Shown here: in pieces, positions 1-9,617 of the stretch
Layout of the letters: each line of letters begins with the position of its first letter
Position numbering within the stretch: position 1 is the stretch's first letter
Assembly: GCA_025360005.1 (NCBI GenBank)
Contig: JANYDA010000032.1
Span: 148,624 to 212,623, forward strand
Length of the DNA stretch: 64,000 nucleotides
Direction: 5' to 3'
From: Fibrobacteria bacterium
Lineage (GTDB): Bacteria > Fibrobacterota > Fibrobacteria > UBA11236
Position numbers and translations under genes: made by a program
Notes under the pieces: model-generated
The model's database searches: none
Seen by the model: only the letters and a program-made list of their open reading frames with translations
What the model was told of the DNA's origin: nothing

Positions 1-138
1 CGTGGCCGTGTCCGCGAAGATGCGCGGGGCCTTGGGCGCGGGATGATGGAGCGGATTGCCGGCTTTGTCCGGATTGACTACGGGCATCAGGTTCTTGCGA
101 TCCAGCATCGCGGCGCTGGTGAAGGCGGGAGTGAACAT
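1..138 (-). CDS. 5' part of a gene running off the window edge; possibly transaldolase/fructose-6-phosphate aldolase family
   Basis: Manual translation MFTPAFTSAAMLDRKNLMPVVNPDKAGNPLHHPAPKAPRIFADTAT with AGGAG upstream. RIFADTA resembles the transaldolase N-terminal IFxDTA motif. Only 46 codons visible. Confidence 0.4.
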   Translation of the reverse strand, partial: MFTPAFTSAAMLDRKNLMPVVNPDKAGNPLHHPAPKAPRIFADTAT

Positions 139-206
139 TGGCGTCTCCTTGGAGGTTTTCCGGTTTGGATTTCGGTTTCGGATTCTGGCTTGGTATGGAG
201 AAAATA

Positions 207-545
207 TCAATCCGGCACGGTGATGAGAACATAATCGTCGAAAACCTGCACGGGATAGGCCTCCAGGGAAGCCCGCACGCAGGGGCCGAAGTCGCAATAC
301 CCCGTATCCGGCTGATAGGCCGCCCCGTGGGTTTTGCAGAGGATGCGATCGGCCGCGGCGTAATAGAAATCATTGTCCCCCATATCCAATTGCACCGGCC
401 AATGGCAGCACTGGTTGAGATAGGAGAAAAACCGGACATGATGGCGGATGAGGAATCCCTGCGCCGTCCGGCCATTGCGGGGGAAGTCGAAGGTGCGGGT
501 TTCCCCGTGGACCATTGCGCCGCTCCCGTCGATGCGGATTTCCAT
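207..545 (-). CDS. Rieske (2Fe-2S) ferredoxin-like protein
   Basis: NQCCH ... LCKTHGAAYQPDTGYCDFGPC Rieske CxH/CxxH motifs; likely start MEIRIDG at 545. Confidence 0.85.
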   Translation of the reverse strand: MEIRIDGSGAMVHGETRTFDFPRNGRTAQGFLIRHHVRFFSYLNQCCHWPVQLDMGDNDFYYAAADRILCKTHGAAYQPDTGYCDFGPCVRASLEAYPVQVFDDYVLITVPD

Positions 546-571
546 GCTCGGAATTTCCCTGGCCGCCCGGT

Positions 572-2119
572 TTATTTGTGGTGGAGCAATCCGAAATAGG
601 CGGAGAGGACCACCATTCCGGACCCTAGCAATGCGATGGCGGCCCATAGCCAGGCGGGCACCGCAGCAGCCTCTTCTTCAGTCGCGTCCCCCCCCGTCAT
701 CACCGATACCGTGGAAGGCTCGTCCCAGGACGCGCCGGGCGCGGCATTGGGCGAAACCTCGCCTTTGGGAAGCCCCGCAAAGGCGGGGCCCGCATGCGCG
801 AATCGCCTTTGCGCATGCGCCTCCTCTACGATTTTATCGCCTAGCCGGGCGAACGCGGAAAGCGTTTTTTCCCCTTCCTCCGGCTCCGATGCGGCTTCCC
901 TTTCACCCGCGGGGTTTTCCGGGGAGGCATTGCGCTCCAACACCCAGGTGTTGGCGGCGGCCGGCATGTCCCCGCGCAGAGGCGGCGCCGGTTCATCCCG
1001 ATGGAAAAGCAGATCCGGCGATGTAAAAGCCTCGTCGGGATTATGCACCGTCTGCATGTCGGTAGCGATCTCCAGGGCCGTGTGCGTCTCCGGTTCCGGA
1101 ATATCGTTCCCGGCGGGAGGCGGCATCGGGATTTCCGGAGGACGCGCTTGGAGCAGCGAGGTTTGCAGGGACAGCACCGCGTTCTTGAAGGCCTCCACCG
1201 TGCCGAACCGATCCAGCGGCCTGGTTGCCATCGACTTGAGGATGATCTCATCCGCTTCGATCCCGAAGATGCGGCTGAGCTCGCTCGGCAGGCGCAATTG
1301 CGCCCCCGGAGCCCGTCCCACCAGGATCTCGTACAGGACGGCGCCGATGGAATGGAAATCGCTGTGGGGCAGCAGGTTGCTCCAGTCCTGCTTCAATTCG
1401 GGAGCCATGTAGGGCAGATAGCGGCGGGCGTAGGAGTTGAACTCGAACTCCTGAGGACTCAGGAATCCCACCACGCCGAAGTCCGTGATGACGGGACCGT
1501 TGAGGGTGATGAAGACGTTCTCCGGCTTGACGCACCCGTAACATCCGCGTTCATGGATCACTTCGAAGGTATCCAACAGCGAACTGATGATGCCGAGCCC
1601 GGGCAGCACGCGGTTCTCGAAATTCAAGCGTTCCATCAACCACAGGCGGAGCGGAACCCCTCCCACCCATTCCATGGTGTAATAGGGAGCGCCTTCATGC
1701 CGGCCGCTGGAAAGGATCTTCCCGATTCCCTTATGATCATACTTGGCCACGGATTCCGCCAGGAACAGGAAGCTGTCCGCCATTCCCGCTTCGGCCGCCT
1801 TGCGGGCATGCATCACCTTGAGTACCACCTCCTGGTTGCCGGCCATGGAATCGCGACAGAGGTAGGAATTGCAAAGCGCGCCCAGCCCCAGGTATTTTTC
1901 CACCCGATAGCGATTGGCGAAGGTGTCCCCTGCTTGCGGCAAAGCCGACTTGGAGGATTTCACGATGGCGACGGGCGCCGCGGGAGCCGGTTGCGGCTTA
2001 TGGGCTGTGGGAACGGGGGCCGAGGCGGGAACCGGGACCGGCATCGGTTGCCGCGCGCCGCATGTGGGGCAGAACGAGACGTCTGAGGCAATCGAAGCAC
2101 CACATTCACGGCATTGCAT
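572..2119 (-). CDS. Zinc-ribbon + Hanks-type Ser/Thr kinase-like domain + C-terminal TM helix (probable pseudokinase)
   Basis: CREC...CPTC; RYRVEKYLGLG, VVLKVM, KPENV, DFG, YMAPE; hydrophobic C-terminus AWLWAAIALLGSGMVVLSAYFGLL. Confidence 0.85.
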   Translation of the reverse strand: MQCRECGASIASDVSFCPTCGARQPMPVPVPASAPVPTAHKPQPAPAAPVAIVKSSKSALPQAGDTFANRYRVEKYLGLGALCNSYLCRDSMAGNQEVVLKVMHARKAAEAGMADSFLFLAESVAKYDHKGIGKILSSGRHEGAPYYTMEWVGGVPLRLWLMERLNFENRVLPGLGIISSLLDTFEVIHERGCYGCVKPENVFITLNGPVITDFGVVGFLSPQEFEFNSYARRYLPYMAPELKQDWSNLLPHSDFHSIGAVLYEILVGRAPGAQLRLPSELSRIFGIEADEIILKSMATRPLDRFGTVEAFKNAVLSLQTSLLQARPPEIPMPPPAGNDIPEPETHTALEIATDMQTVHNPDEAFTSPDLLFHRDEPAPPLRGDMPAAANTWVLERNASPENPAGEREAASEPEEGEKTLSAFARLGDKIVEEAHAQRRFAHAGPAFAGLPKGEVSPNAAPGASWDEPSTVSVMTGGDATEEEAAAVPAWLWAAIALLGSGMVVLSAYFGLLHHK

Positions 2120-2174
2120 GCATTGTCTCCCGGTAATCCATAAATGTAGCTAAAAAAGGATATAATTTATCCGC

Positions 2175-2891
2175 ATGCGTGTATTCCTCATCACCGGGTT
2201 CGCCTTGGACAAACGCGCCTTCGCGCTCATGGATCTGCCGTCGGAAACCTATCGGACCTTGGATCTGATCCCCATCCTTAAAGGTGAAAGCCTGCGCGAA
2301 TACGCCGCCAGGATGGCAAAGGAAATCGGCCTCGCCCCCGGCGATATCATCGGCGGGGTGTCCTTGGGCGGAATGTTGGCCTTGGAAATGTCCCGGCTGG
2401 TGGACGTGGCCGGTTTGATCCTGATCGCTTCCGCAACGCATCCCCGCCACATCCGCAAGCGCTTCAAGCTGTGGGCCCCGATCGCGGAATGGGTGCCCCG
2501 GTCCGTTATCCGGCGCATCTTCACCCTCATCCCGCGTATCCTCGCCTTGCAGAACATGCTGTCGCCGGAGGGCCAGGCCCTGCTCGCGGACATCATGGGC
2601 GGATTTCCGCCCAACCTGTTGCAGACATTTCCGATGATGATCCTGCGCTGGCCGGGATGCGATCCCGGCGTCCCCTATCGGCATATCCATGCGCAAGGCG
2701 ATTGGCTGATCCGGCCCTCCGGAGATCCCGCCGCCATGACCATCCTGCCGGGACGGAACCATTTGATCACGGTGTCCCACGCCAAGGTTGTGCGCGGACT
2801 GGTGATGGACGCGGTACAAGGATTTCAGAACGCGGCGAAATCCAATTCCGGAACCGTGTCCAGGAATCCTTCTTCGCCGGCCAGGCGGTAG
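2175..2891 (+). CDS. Alpha/beta hydrolase
   Basis: GVSLGG nucleophile elbow, late His (GRNHLI). Confidence 0.8.
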   Translation: MRVFLITGFALDKRAFALMDLPSETYRTLDLIPILKGESLREYAARMAKEIGLAPGDIIGGVSLGGMLALEMSRLVDVAGLILIASATHPRHIRKRFKLWAPIAEWVPRSVIRRIFTLIPRILALQNMLSPEGQALLADIMGGFPPNLLQTFPMMILRWPGCDPGVPYRHIHAQGDWLIRPSGDPAAMTILPGRNHLITVSHAKVVRGLVMDAVQGFQNAAKSNSGTVSRNPSSPARR

Positions 2892-3661
2892 AAGGTCTCC
2901 AGCGACTGCGCGTGCTTGGCCGTGAAGCCGTAGTCCGCGGTAGCGTAGAATCCCAGCATCAGGCCGCGGGGCAACCCGGAAGGATAGCTGGCCGTCCAGG
3001 CATCCAGGGCTCCGCCGGCATCGGCCCTGAACGCCGCCAAGGAAGCCAGCAACAGGCCGTGGAAGCGGGCCGCCGGGGCGGCTTTCTCCCGTAACGCCTC
3101 CCGCCTCACCATCCATAGCCCGAAGGAGAACGGAAGCGATTGCCACCTGGCCCATACATCCGCGAGATCATACCGATGCCGCCACTTTCCCGACAGGGAT
3201 TCCAACAACGCGCGATCGCCGATGAACACGCGGCCCGCGGCATTGGCAACCGCCGCCTCCCCCGTACCCGGCAGGATACGCGGCTTGACGCCGAAACGGC
3301 GGGCGCAGAGGATGCGGAACAAAACATTGGAGGTGGCGGAATCGGAAGAAAGCCCCACGGCCGCGCCGTCGAGGCTTTCCCAAGGCGTCTGGGAGAGGAA
3401 GAGCACCGATTTCATTTCCATGGTGCTGGAGGTGGAAATGCCGGGGAAAAGGCGGTAGTCACGAAAGTGCAGGCCGTATTCGAAACTGGAAGACGGCGCG
3501 CAATCGACACGGCCGGCCTGGAGTTCCCCATTGAGGAAACTGGGCACGCCGTCCACGAAACGGATACCGGGGGCCCCGCCCAAGGTGGAATGGAAGAACG
3601 GCGCGCAGACCAGAAAGGGCAGGCGGCCTACGATCAAAGGGTTGGCTTCGGAGGGATCCAT
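2825..3661 (-). CDS. mqnA: Chorismate dehydratase MqnA (futalosine menaquinone pathway)
   Basis: GVPSFLN...VDCAPSSSFEY, SVLFLS, SATSNVL, FIGDRAL, DLADVW..LPFSFGLW pattern typical of MqnA. Confidence 0.85.
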   Translation of the reverse strand: MDPSEANPLIVGRLPFLVCAPFFHSTLGGAPGIRFVDGVPSFLNGELQAGRVDCAPSSSFEYGLHFRDYRLFPGISTSSTMEMKSVLFLSQTPWESLDGAAVGLSSDSATSNVLFRILCARRFGVKPRILPGTGEAAVANAAGRVFIGDRALLESLSGKWRHRYDLADVWARWQSLPFSFGLWMVRREALREKAAPAARFHGLLLASLAAFRADAGGALDAWTASYPSGLPRGLMLGFYATADYGFTAKHAQSLETFYRLAGEEGFLDTVPELDFAAF

Positions 3662-3711
3662 GCTTTTAATTTAGCAAGTCGCGTTTGGGCTCAGTCATAG
3701 GCCCGGAAATG

Positions 3712-3744
3712 AAAAGAGACGGCCCGCCGGGCCGCCTCTTTTTT
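3712..3744 (-). terminator. Intrinsic terminator of the HU gene
   Basis: Minus-strand hairpin AAAAGAGGCGGCCC-GGC-GGGCCGUCUCUUUU about 40 nt after the HU stop; A/T runs on both sides. Confidence 0.75.
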
Positions 3745-3785
3745 GCCGGAGCGGGCCGGGAGGCCCAACCTTGGCTTTAAGGAGA

Positions 3786-4082
3786 TTACTTCGACTTCGC
3801 CTTCTTGGCAGTTTCCTTCAGGGCCACGCCGGCCTTGAATCCCACGGTCTTGGAAGCCTTGATCTTGATCTCGGCGCCGGTGGAAGGATTGCGGCCCTTG
3901 CGGGCGGCACGGGTCTTGACGGAGAAAGTGCCGAAGCCGATCAACTGCACGACCGCGTCTTTCTTGATTCCGGTTTCGATGGCGCCCAGCACGGCGTTGA
4001 CGGCCCGTTCGGCGGCAGCCTTGGTCTCGATGCCGCTCTTGTTGTCTTCCAGCACAGCCTGTACCAGTTCTTGCTTGTTCAT
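3786..4082 (-). CDS. hup: DNA-binding protein HU
   Basis: MNKQELV...VQLIGFGTFSVKTRAARKGRNPSTGAEIKI...FKAG. Confidence 0.97.
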   Translation of the reverse strand: MNKQELVQAVLEDNKSGIETKAAAERAVNAVLGAIETGIKKDAVVQLIGFGTFSVKTRAARKGRNPSTGAEIKIKASKTVGFKAGVALKETAKKAKSK

Positions 4083-4100
4083 GCGCTTTCCTTTCGATGG

Positions 4101-4157
4101 TTGGATCTCGAGATCGGATTTCCGATCTCACGGATCGGGAATCCGATCTCGGTCCAA
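4101..4157. repeat. Long inverted repeat in the HU 5' leader; each arm is itself palindromic
   Basis: ttgga..cgagatcggatt-t-ccgatc [tcacg] gatcgg-g-aatccgatctcg..tccaa; TATAAT lies immediately upstream on the minus strand. Confidence 0.8.
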
Positions 4158-4486
4158 TTATATACCTCAAAACCCAATGAAAAGAAAGCTCTAAATGAAA
4201 TATCTCACGCGGCGACGCTCTGCAAGCCTAGGGAATGCGGGCCTGCGGAGCCGCGCCCCTGCAACATCGGCGGGACGGGGCTTGCAGGGAACGGTAGCCG
4301 GCACCCCTATGGATATTGGGCCGGAAGCTCTCCCGATAGGGACGCTTAACACATTGAATTGCATGGGATTAATTCTCCCCGAAGCGACCGTCCGCAACCC
4401 GCGCGCAGCCGAATCCGGAAACCGGGGTAACCGGCATGTTTCGCATGAGCCCATTGGTGCGACGATTGGAATCATAACCCGGAGAA

Positions 4487-6562
4487 TCAATGACTTAGCA
4501 AGGCCAGGGCTTCCGCCGCCGTATGCACGGGCAAGGCGCAGGTGCGATTGCGGCAAACGTAGATGGAAGTGCGCTCGGCGGAAAAACGGTTTTCCAGCAA
4601 GGGCAAATCGCTGGGGGAGGCGGAACCGGCCAGCAGGGTGTTCGGCAGATAATGAGCCGCGATCCGCCGGCGTATCGCTTCCGTTTCCGGGCCGGTTATC
4701 ACCACTTCATGGAAAGGAGCGGCCAGATTCAGCGCCAGCATACCCCAGTTGGAATAGCCGGATGCATAAGCGGGCATTTCCTCTTTGACCTGGTTCAGCA
4801 TGGCCGCCGCCATGTCCAGCCAATCTTGGTTGCCATAGCAGGAGCCCACCGTGAATAGCGCCTTGGCCAGGGAGGAATTGGAAGCCGGGGTCACGTTGTC
4901 CATGATTTCCAGCTTGCGCGCCACCAGCGGCTTGTCCAGATCGGAAGTGAAGTAGAAGAGTCCCGATACGGGATCCCGGAAATGCGCGATGGCATACTCG
5001 ATCAAATCGCGCGCCGCCACGAGCCATCCTTCCTGGAAGGTGGCCTGGTAAAGCGCCGCCAAGGCTTCCGCCATGCAGGCATAGTCTTCCAGGAATCCGT
5101 TGATGGAAAAGCGACCACTTGAGTCGCCGCGACCGCTCCGGTCGCCGCCACCGCTTTGGCCTCCGCCGCTATGACCAGCCTTGTAAGTCCGGTACAATCC
5201 GCCGTCGGCGCGGCGGCCTTTTTCCAAAAGGAAGGAAAGGTTCCTAATGGCCGCATCCAAATAGGCCGCATCCCCCAGGGCCTGATAGGCGGCCACATAG
5301 CCTTTGGCCATCAAGGCGTTCCAAGAGGTCAGGGTCTTATCATCCAGCCCCGGACGAACGCGCTTTTCCCGGATGGGCATGAGCACGGCTTTGGCCTCAT
5401 CCAACCGCTTGCGCAGCTCCGCTTCATCCATCCCGTTGCCGGCGGCAAGCTCGCCATCCGTGCGCTTGCGGAGCGGGATATAATTGCCGTCTTCCCAATA
5501 GCCCGTGGAATTGATGTTGTAGACGTCGCGGAACAGCGGGAAGCCTTCGCCCAATGCGGCGTCCAATTCTTCCTTGCCCCAGACGTAGTATTTGCCTTCT
5601 TCGCCTTCGCTGTCCGCATCCAAAGCGGAGTAGAATACGCCTTCCGGCGAAGTCAGTTCCCGGGCCGCGAAGGCGGCGGTCTCACGCGCGATGCGGGCAT
5701 ACAGGGGATCGCCCGTGGCCCGGTAGGCCTCCGCGTACAGCTCCAGCAATTGGCCGTTGTCGTACAGCATCTTTTCGAAATGGGGCACTTTCCAAAGGCT
5801 ATCCGTGGAATAACGCGCGAAGCCTCCGCCCAATTGATCATAGATGCCGCCGAAGGCCATCTTATCCAGCGTCAGCTTCACGTGCGCGAGGGCGGATGCG
5901 TCGCCGGAGGCTTTCCAATAACGGAGCATGAATTGGTAATTGTTGGGCAAGGGGAATTTCGGCGCCCGGTTCATGCCGCCTTCCACGCGATCGAAATGGT
6001 CTTGCCAGGGTTTGTAGATCCCTTCCAGTTCCGCCATGGTGAAGGGGGCCGCGCCCGGCGCCGCTTCCACCCATTCGCTTTGGCGCACGCCGCGCGTCAA
6101 TTGTTCCGCGTAGCGAAGCACCTTCTCCGGTTCCTTGGCATGCAGGTCCGCCAGGCTGCGCAACACTTCCCGCCATTGCTGGGGACGATAATAGGTTCCG
6201 CCGTAGACGGGCCTGCCGTCCGGCAATGCGAAGCAGTTGAGGGGCCAGCCTCCCTGCCCGCTGATGAGCTGCACCGCGTTCATATAGACTTGATCCACGT
6301 CCGGGCGTTCTTCGCGATCCACCTTGATGCAGACGAACGATTCGTTCATGAGCGCGGCGGTGGCTTCGCTTTCAAAGGACTCGCGCTCCATCACATGGCA
6401 CCAATGGCAGGCGGAGTATCCGATGCTGATCAGCAGCAGTTTGTTTTCGCGCTTGGCGCGCTCCAACGCCTCGTCGCCCCAGGCGTACCAGTCCACGGGA
6501 TTGTGGGCGTGTTGCAGCAAATATGGACTGGTTTCCTGGATCAAACGATTGGCCGTGGTCAT
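4487..6562 (-). CDS. yyaL: Thioredoxin domain-containing protein, YyaL/SSP411 (DUF255) family
   Basis: [51 protein letters not shown]. Confidence 0.95.
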   Translation of the reverse strand: MTTANRLIQETSPYLLQHAHNPVDWYAWGDEALERAKRENKLLLISIGYSACHWCHVMERESFESEATAALMNESFVCIKVDREERPDVDQVYMNAVQLISGQGGWPLNCFALPDGRPVYGGTYYRPQQWREVLRSLADLHAKEPEKVLRYAEQLTRGVRQSEWVEAAPGAAPFTMAELEGIYKPWQDHFDRVEGGMNRAPKFPLPNNYQFMLRYWKASGDASALAHVKLTLDKMAFGGIYDQLGGGFARYSTDSLWKVPHFEKMLYDNGQLLELYAEAYRATGDPLYARIARETAAFAARELTSPEGVFYSALDADSEGEEGKYYVWGKEELDAALGEGFPLFRDVYNINSTGYWEDGNYIPLRKRTDGELAAGNGMDEAELRKRLDEAKAVLMPIREKRVRPGLDDKTLTSWNALMAKGYVAAYQALGDAAYLDAAIRNLSFLLEKGRRADGGLYRTYKAGHSGGGQSGGGDRSGRGDSSGRFSINGFLEDYACMAEALAALYQATFQEGWLVAARDLIEYAIAHFRDPVSGLFYFTSDLDKPLVARKLEIMDNVTPASNSSLAKALFTVGSCYGNQDWLDMAAAMLNQVKEEMPAYASGYSNWGMLALNLAAPFHEVVITGPETEAIRRRIAAHYLPNTLLAGSASPSDLPLLENRFSAERTSIYVCRNRTCALPVHTAAEALALLSH

Positions 6563-6629
6563 GTGGGGAGAAGGTAAAATGAAAAGGGATAAACGAAAAA
6601 GAAAAAAAACGGGAATGCCGGGAACCGGA

Positions 6630-9491
6630 CTAGGAACAGCCGCTGGTGCCGCCGCAATTGTCGCAGCGGAAGCAGGAGCCCGCCGGCGCCATCAGGGAAC
6701 CGCAATCCGGGCAAGGAGGGGAATCCATATCCATGCGAGCGGGTGCGAGAGCGGACGAGGGAATTTTTTCCGGCGGCATTCCCTCTCCCGGCGCGATCGA
6801 GGGCCCATGAGCAGCCCCCGGCGCCATCGTCTGCGCGCGTCCCGCCGAAAAGACGGCATCCTCGCCTTCGCCTATGGCGGCCTGGACTTCTTCCGCCGGC
6901 AGGAACTTCAAAGCCAGCCAGCGGAAAATATAGTCGGTGATGGATTTGGCGATGCGGATGCGGGGATTGGTGGTGAAGCCGGAAGGCTCGTAGCGGCTGT
7001 GGCTGAACTTGTCGATGAGTACCTTCAAGGGCACGCCGTATTGCAGGGCCAGCGACACCGCGGTGGCGAAGCCGTCCAGCAAACCTGAGACCACGGAGCC
7101 TTCCTTGGACATTACCACGAACAACTCGCCCGGGCTCCCGTCCGGGTACTTGCCCACGGTGAGGTAACCCTCGTGGCCGGCGATGCTGAATTTATGGGTG
7201 ATGGCCTCGCGTTCGTCCGGCAGGCGGCGGCGCGCGGGCTTGATCTCCGGCCCCGCGGAAAAGGCGGAAAGCGGTTGCGTGCGTTTGGATCCGTCGCGAT
7301 AGACGGCCACGGATTTCAATCCCAGCTCCCAAGCCTCCATGAACAAGGCGCGGATGGTTTCCACGCCGGCGTCCTGGGGCAGGTTGACGGTTTTGGAGAT
7401 GGCGCCGGAAAGGAACGGTTGCACGGCCGCCATCATGAGCAGGTGGCCCTGGGGGCGGATGGAGCGGCCGCCTCCCTTCGGCGTGATCGCGCAATCGAAG
7501 ACGGCCAGGTGTGCCTCGCGCAGCAGGGGTGCGCCTTCCAGGGATCCGTTGCGTTCCAGGTAGGCGATCAGTTCCGACACCTCGTTCCCCGCATAGCCCA
7601 GGCCGCGCAAGGCTTCCGGCACCGATCGGTTCACTATCTTCATGGTCCCGCCGCCAACCAGGCGTTTGTACTTGATAAGGGCCAGATCCGGTTCCACACC
7701 GGTGGTATCGCAATCCATCATGAAGGCGATGGTCCCCGTGGGCGCCAACACGGTAACCTGGGAATTACGGTAACCGCGGGATTTCCCAAGGGCGATCGCC
7801 TCGTCCCAATCCTTGCCCGCTGCTTCGCCCAACTCCCGGGGCACGCCGGCGGTTTCCAGAGCGCGCGCGGCGGCGGCATGCGTTTCCATCACGCGCAGCA
7901 TGGCGGCGCGATTGGGCGCAAAGCCCGCGAAAGGCCCCATGGCGGCCGCCATGCGCGCGGACATGGCGTTGGCCCGCCCGTGCATGAGCGCGGTGACGGC
8001 GGCGGCGAAGTTGCGCCCTTCCCCGCTGTCATAAGGCTGGCCCCGCGACATCAGCAAGGCGCCCAGGTTGGCGTAGCCCAGGCCCAAGGGCCGAAAAGCC
8101 CGGGAGTTGCGATCGATGGCGGGCGTGGGATAGCCGGCCTCGTCGACCAGGATCTCCTGGGCCAGCAGGGTTATGTCCACGGTATGCCGGAAAGCGGGCA
8201 CGTCGAAGGACCCGTCGTCGCGGCGGAAACGCATCAGGTTCAGGGAGGCCAGATTGCAGGCGGAGTCGTCCAGGAACATGTATTCCGAACAGGGATTGCT
8301 CGCGTTGATGCGGCCGCTTTCCGGGCAAGTATGCCAACGGTTGATGGCGGTGTCGAATTGCAATCCCGGATCCCCGCAGCTCCAGGCGGCCTCGGCCATT
8401 TCCCTGAGCAGGCCGTCCGCCTTATACGCGCCCATGGGGCTGCCGTCAACGCGGCCGTGCACGCTCCAGTCTCCGCCGTCCCTGGCCGCGCGCATGAATG
8501 CGTCGTTAACGCGCACGGAGTGGTTTGCGTTCTGGAATTGCACGGAGTCGTAGGCTCCGCCCGCTTCGTTGAAACCGCCCGGGTAGCCGGCGTCGATCAA
8601 GGCCCGGGCCTTGGCTTCTTCCGCCGCTTTGCACCGGATGAACGCCAGGATGTCCGGATGATCCGCGTCCAGGATCACCATCTTGGCGGCCCGGCGCGTC
8701 TTGCCGCCGGATTTGATCACGCCCGCGAAACTGTCGAAGCCGCGCATGAAGGAAACCGGACCGGAGGCGGTGCCTCCCCCGGACAGGCCCTCCCGGCTGG
8801 ATCGCAAGCGCGAGAAATTGGTACCCGTGCCGGATCCGAACTTGAAAAGACGGCCTTCGGTGCGCACCAGCTCCAGGATGCTGTCCATATCGTCATCCAC
8901 GCCGTTGATGAAGCAGGCGGAGCATTGCGGCCTGGCCTCTACGCCCACATTGAACCAGACGGGGGAATTGAAGGCCATCTTCTGATGCAGCAGGATATGG
9001 GTAAGCTCTTGCCGGAAAGCGGCCGCGGAATCCGGCGAGGAAAAATAGCCGCGCTTTCCCCCCCAGGCGGAAATGGTTTCCGCCACGCGGGAGATCAATT
9101 GGCGCAAGGAGGTTTCCCGCTTGCCTCCGCTGCCGTGGAAATATTTTGAGGCGACGATTTGCGAGGCCGATGGCGACCAGGACGCGGGAAACTCCACGCC
9201 GCGCTGTTCAAAAATGATCTTGCCGTTCTCATCGGCTATGACGGCGTCGCGGATCTCCCATTCCACGCAGGCGAACGGATGTTGGCCGGCATGGCTGAAA
9301 AAATACGGGATATCCAGACCGGAGCGGGGATAGGCGCCGCCGGAGGCGTGTCCAGCCTCGCCCGGGGTACCAGGAAGGTTACCCTGGCCATGTCCGTCTT
9401 TCGCTTCCTCGGCCATTTCTGTCGCCTTATCAGCTTGTCGGCGCATCAGCTTATCGCTTGCGCCCGCTTCCTCCGCACCGCGGGGAAGCAT
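6630..9491 (-). CDS. nrdJ: Class II (adenosylcobalamin-dependent) ribonucleotide reductase with C-terminal TSCPD/zinc-ribbon region
   Basis: [45 protein letters not shown]-terminal CPDC...[11 protein letters not shown]; start may be slightly downstream. Confidence 0.95.
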   Translation of the reverse strand: MLPRGAEEAGASDKLMRRQADKATEMAEEAKDGHGQGNLPGTPGEAGHASGGAYPRSGLDIPYFFSHAGQHPFACVEWEIRDAVIADENGKIIFEQRGVEFPASWSPSASQIVASKYFHGSGGKRETSLRQLISRVAETISAWGGKRGYFSSPDSAAAFRQELTHILLHQKMAFNSPVWFNVGVEARPQCSACFINGVDDDMDSILELVRTEGRLFKFGSGTGTNFSRLRSSREGLSGGGTASGPVSFMRGFDSFAGVIKSGGKTRRAAKMVILDADHPDILAFIRCKAAEEAKARALIDAGYPGGFNEAGGAYDSVQFQNANHSVRVNDAFMRAARDGGDWSVHGRVDGSPMGAYKADGLLREMAEAAWSCGDPGLQFDTAINRWHTCPESGRINASNPCSEYMFLDDSACNLASLNLMRFRRDDGSFDVPAFRHTVDITLLAQEILVDEAGYPTPAIDRNSRAFRPLGLGYANLGALLMSRGQPYDSGEGRNFAAAVTALMHGRANAMSARMAAAMGPFAGFAPNRAAMLRVMETHAAAARALETAGVPRELGEAAGKDWDEAIALGKSRGYRNSQVTVLAPTGTIAFMMDCDTTGVEPDLALIKYKRLVGGGTMKIVNRSVPEALRGLGYAGNEVSELIAYLERNGSLEGAPLLREAHLAVFDCAITPKGGGRSIRPQGHLLMMAAVQPFLSGAISKTVNLPQDAGVETIRALFMEAWELGLKSVAVYRDGSKRTQPLSAFSAGPEIKPARRRLPDEREAITHKFSIAGHEGYLTVGKYPDGSPGELFVVMSKEGSVVSGLLDGFATAVSLALQYGVPLKVLIDKFSHSRYEPSGFTTNPRIRIAKSITDYIFRWLALKFLPAEEVQAAIGEGEDAVFSAGRAQTMAPGAAHGPSIAPGEGMPPEKIPSSALAPARMDMDSPPCPDCGSLMAPAGSCFRCDNCGGTSGCS

Positions 9492-9617
9492 CCGTTTCTG
9501 AAAATATCACGAAACAGGCCGGGACGCAACAAATTTAGGGCCGCGGGGCCCTTGCGCCCGCCGTATCGGAGGCGTTAACGCTGTTTTGGGTCCGGAGCGG
9601 AAAGCCTCCGGCCGGGT

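Noticed and set aside
7173..9149. 658-aa + strand ORF (also 5156-6577, 9816-11396, 16330-18414, 53313-54914)
   Set aside because: Antisense shadows of well-supported genes.
6630..9491. Intein or intron in nrdJ
   Set aside because: Continuous ORF of normal length with no intein splice-junction motifs noticed.
9511..9615. GGGACGCAA and AAAGCCTCCGGCC fragments reminiscent of a c-di-GMP-I riboswitch
   Set aside because: The fragments are about 70 nt apart, on the wrong strand for nrdJ, and the GCAAAC/GAAA P2 elements are missing.
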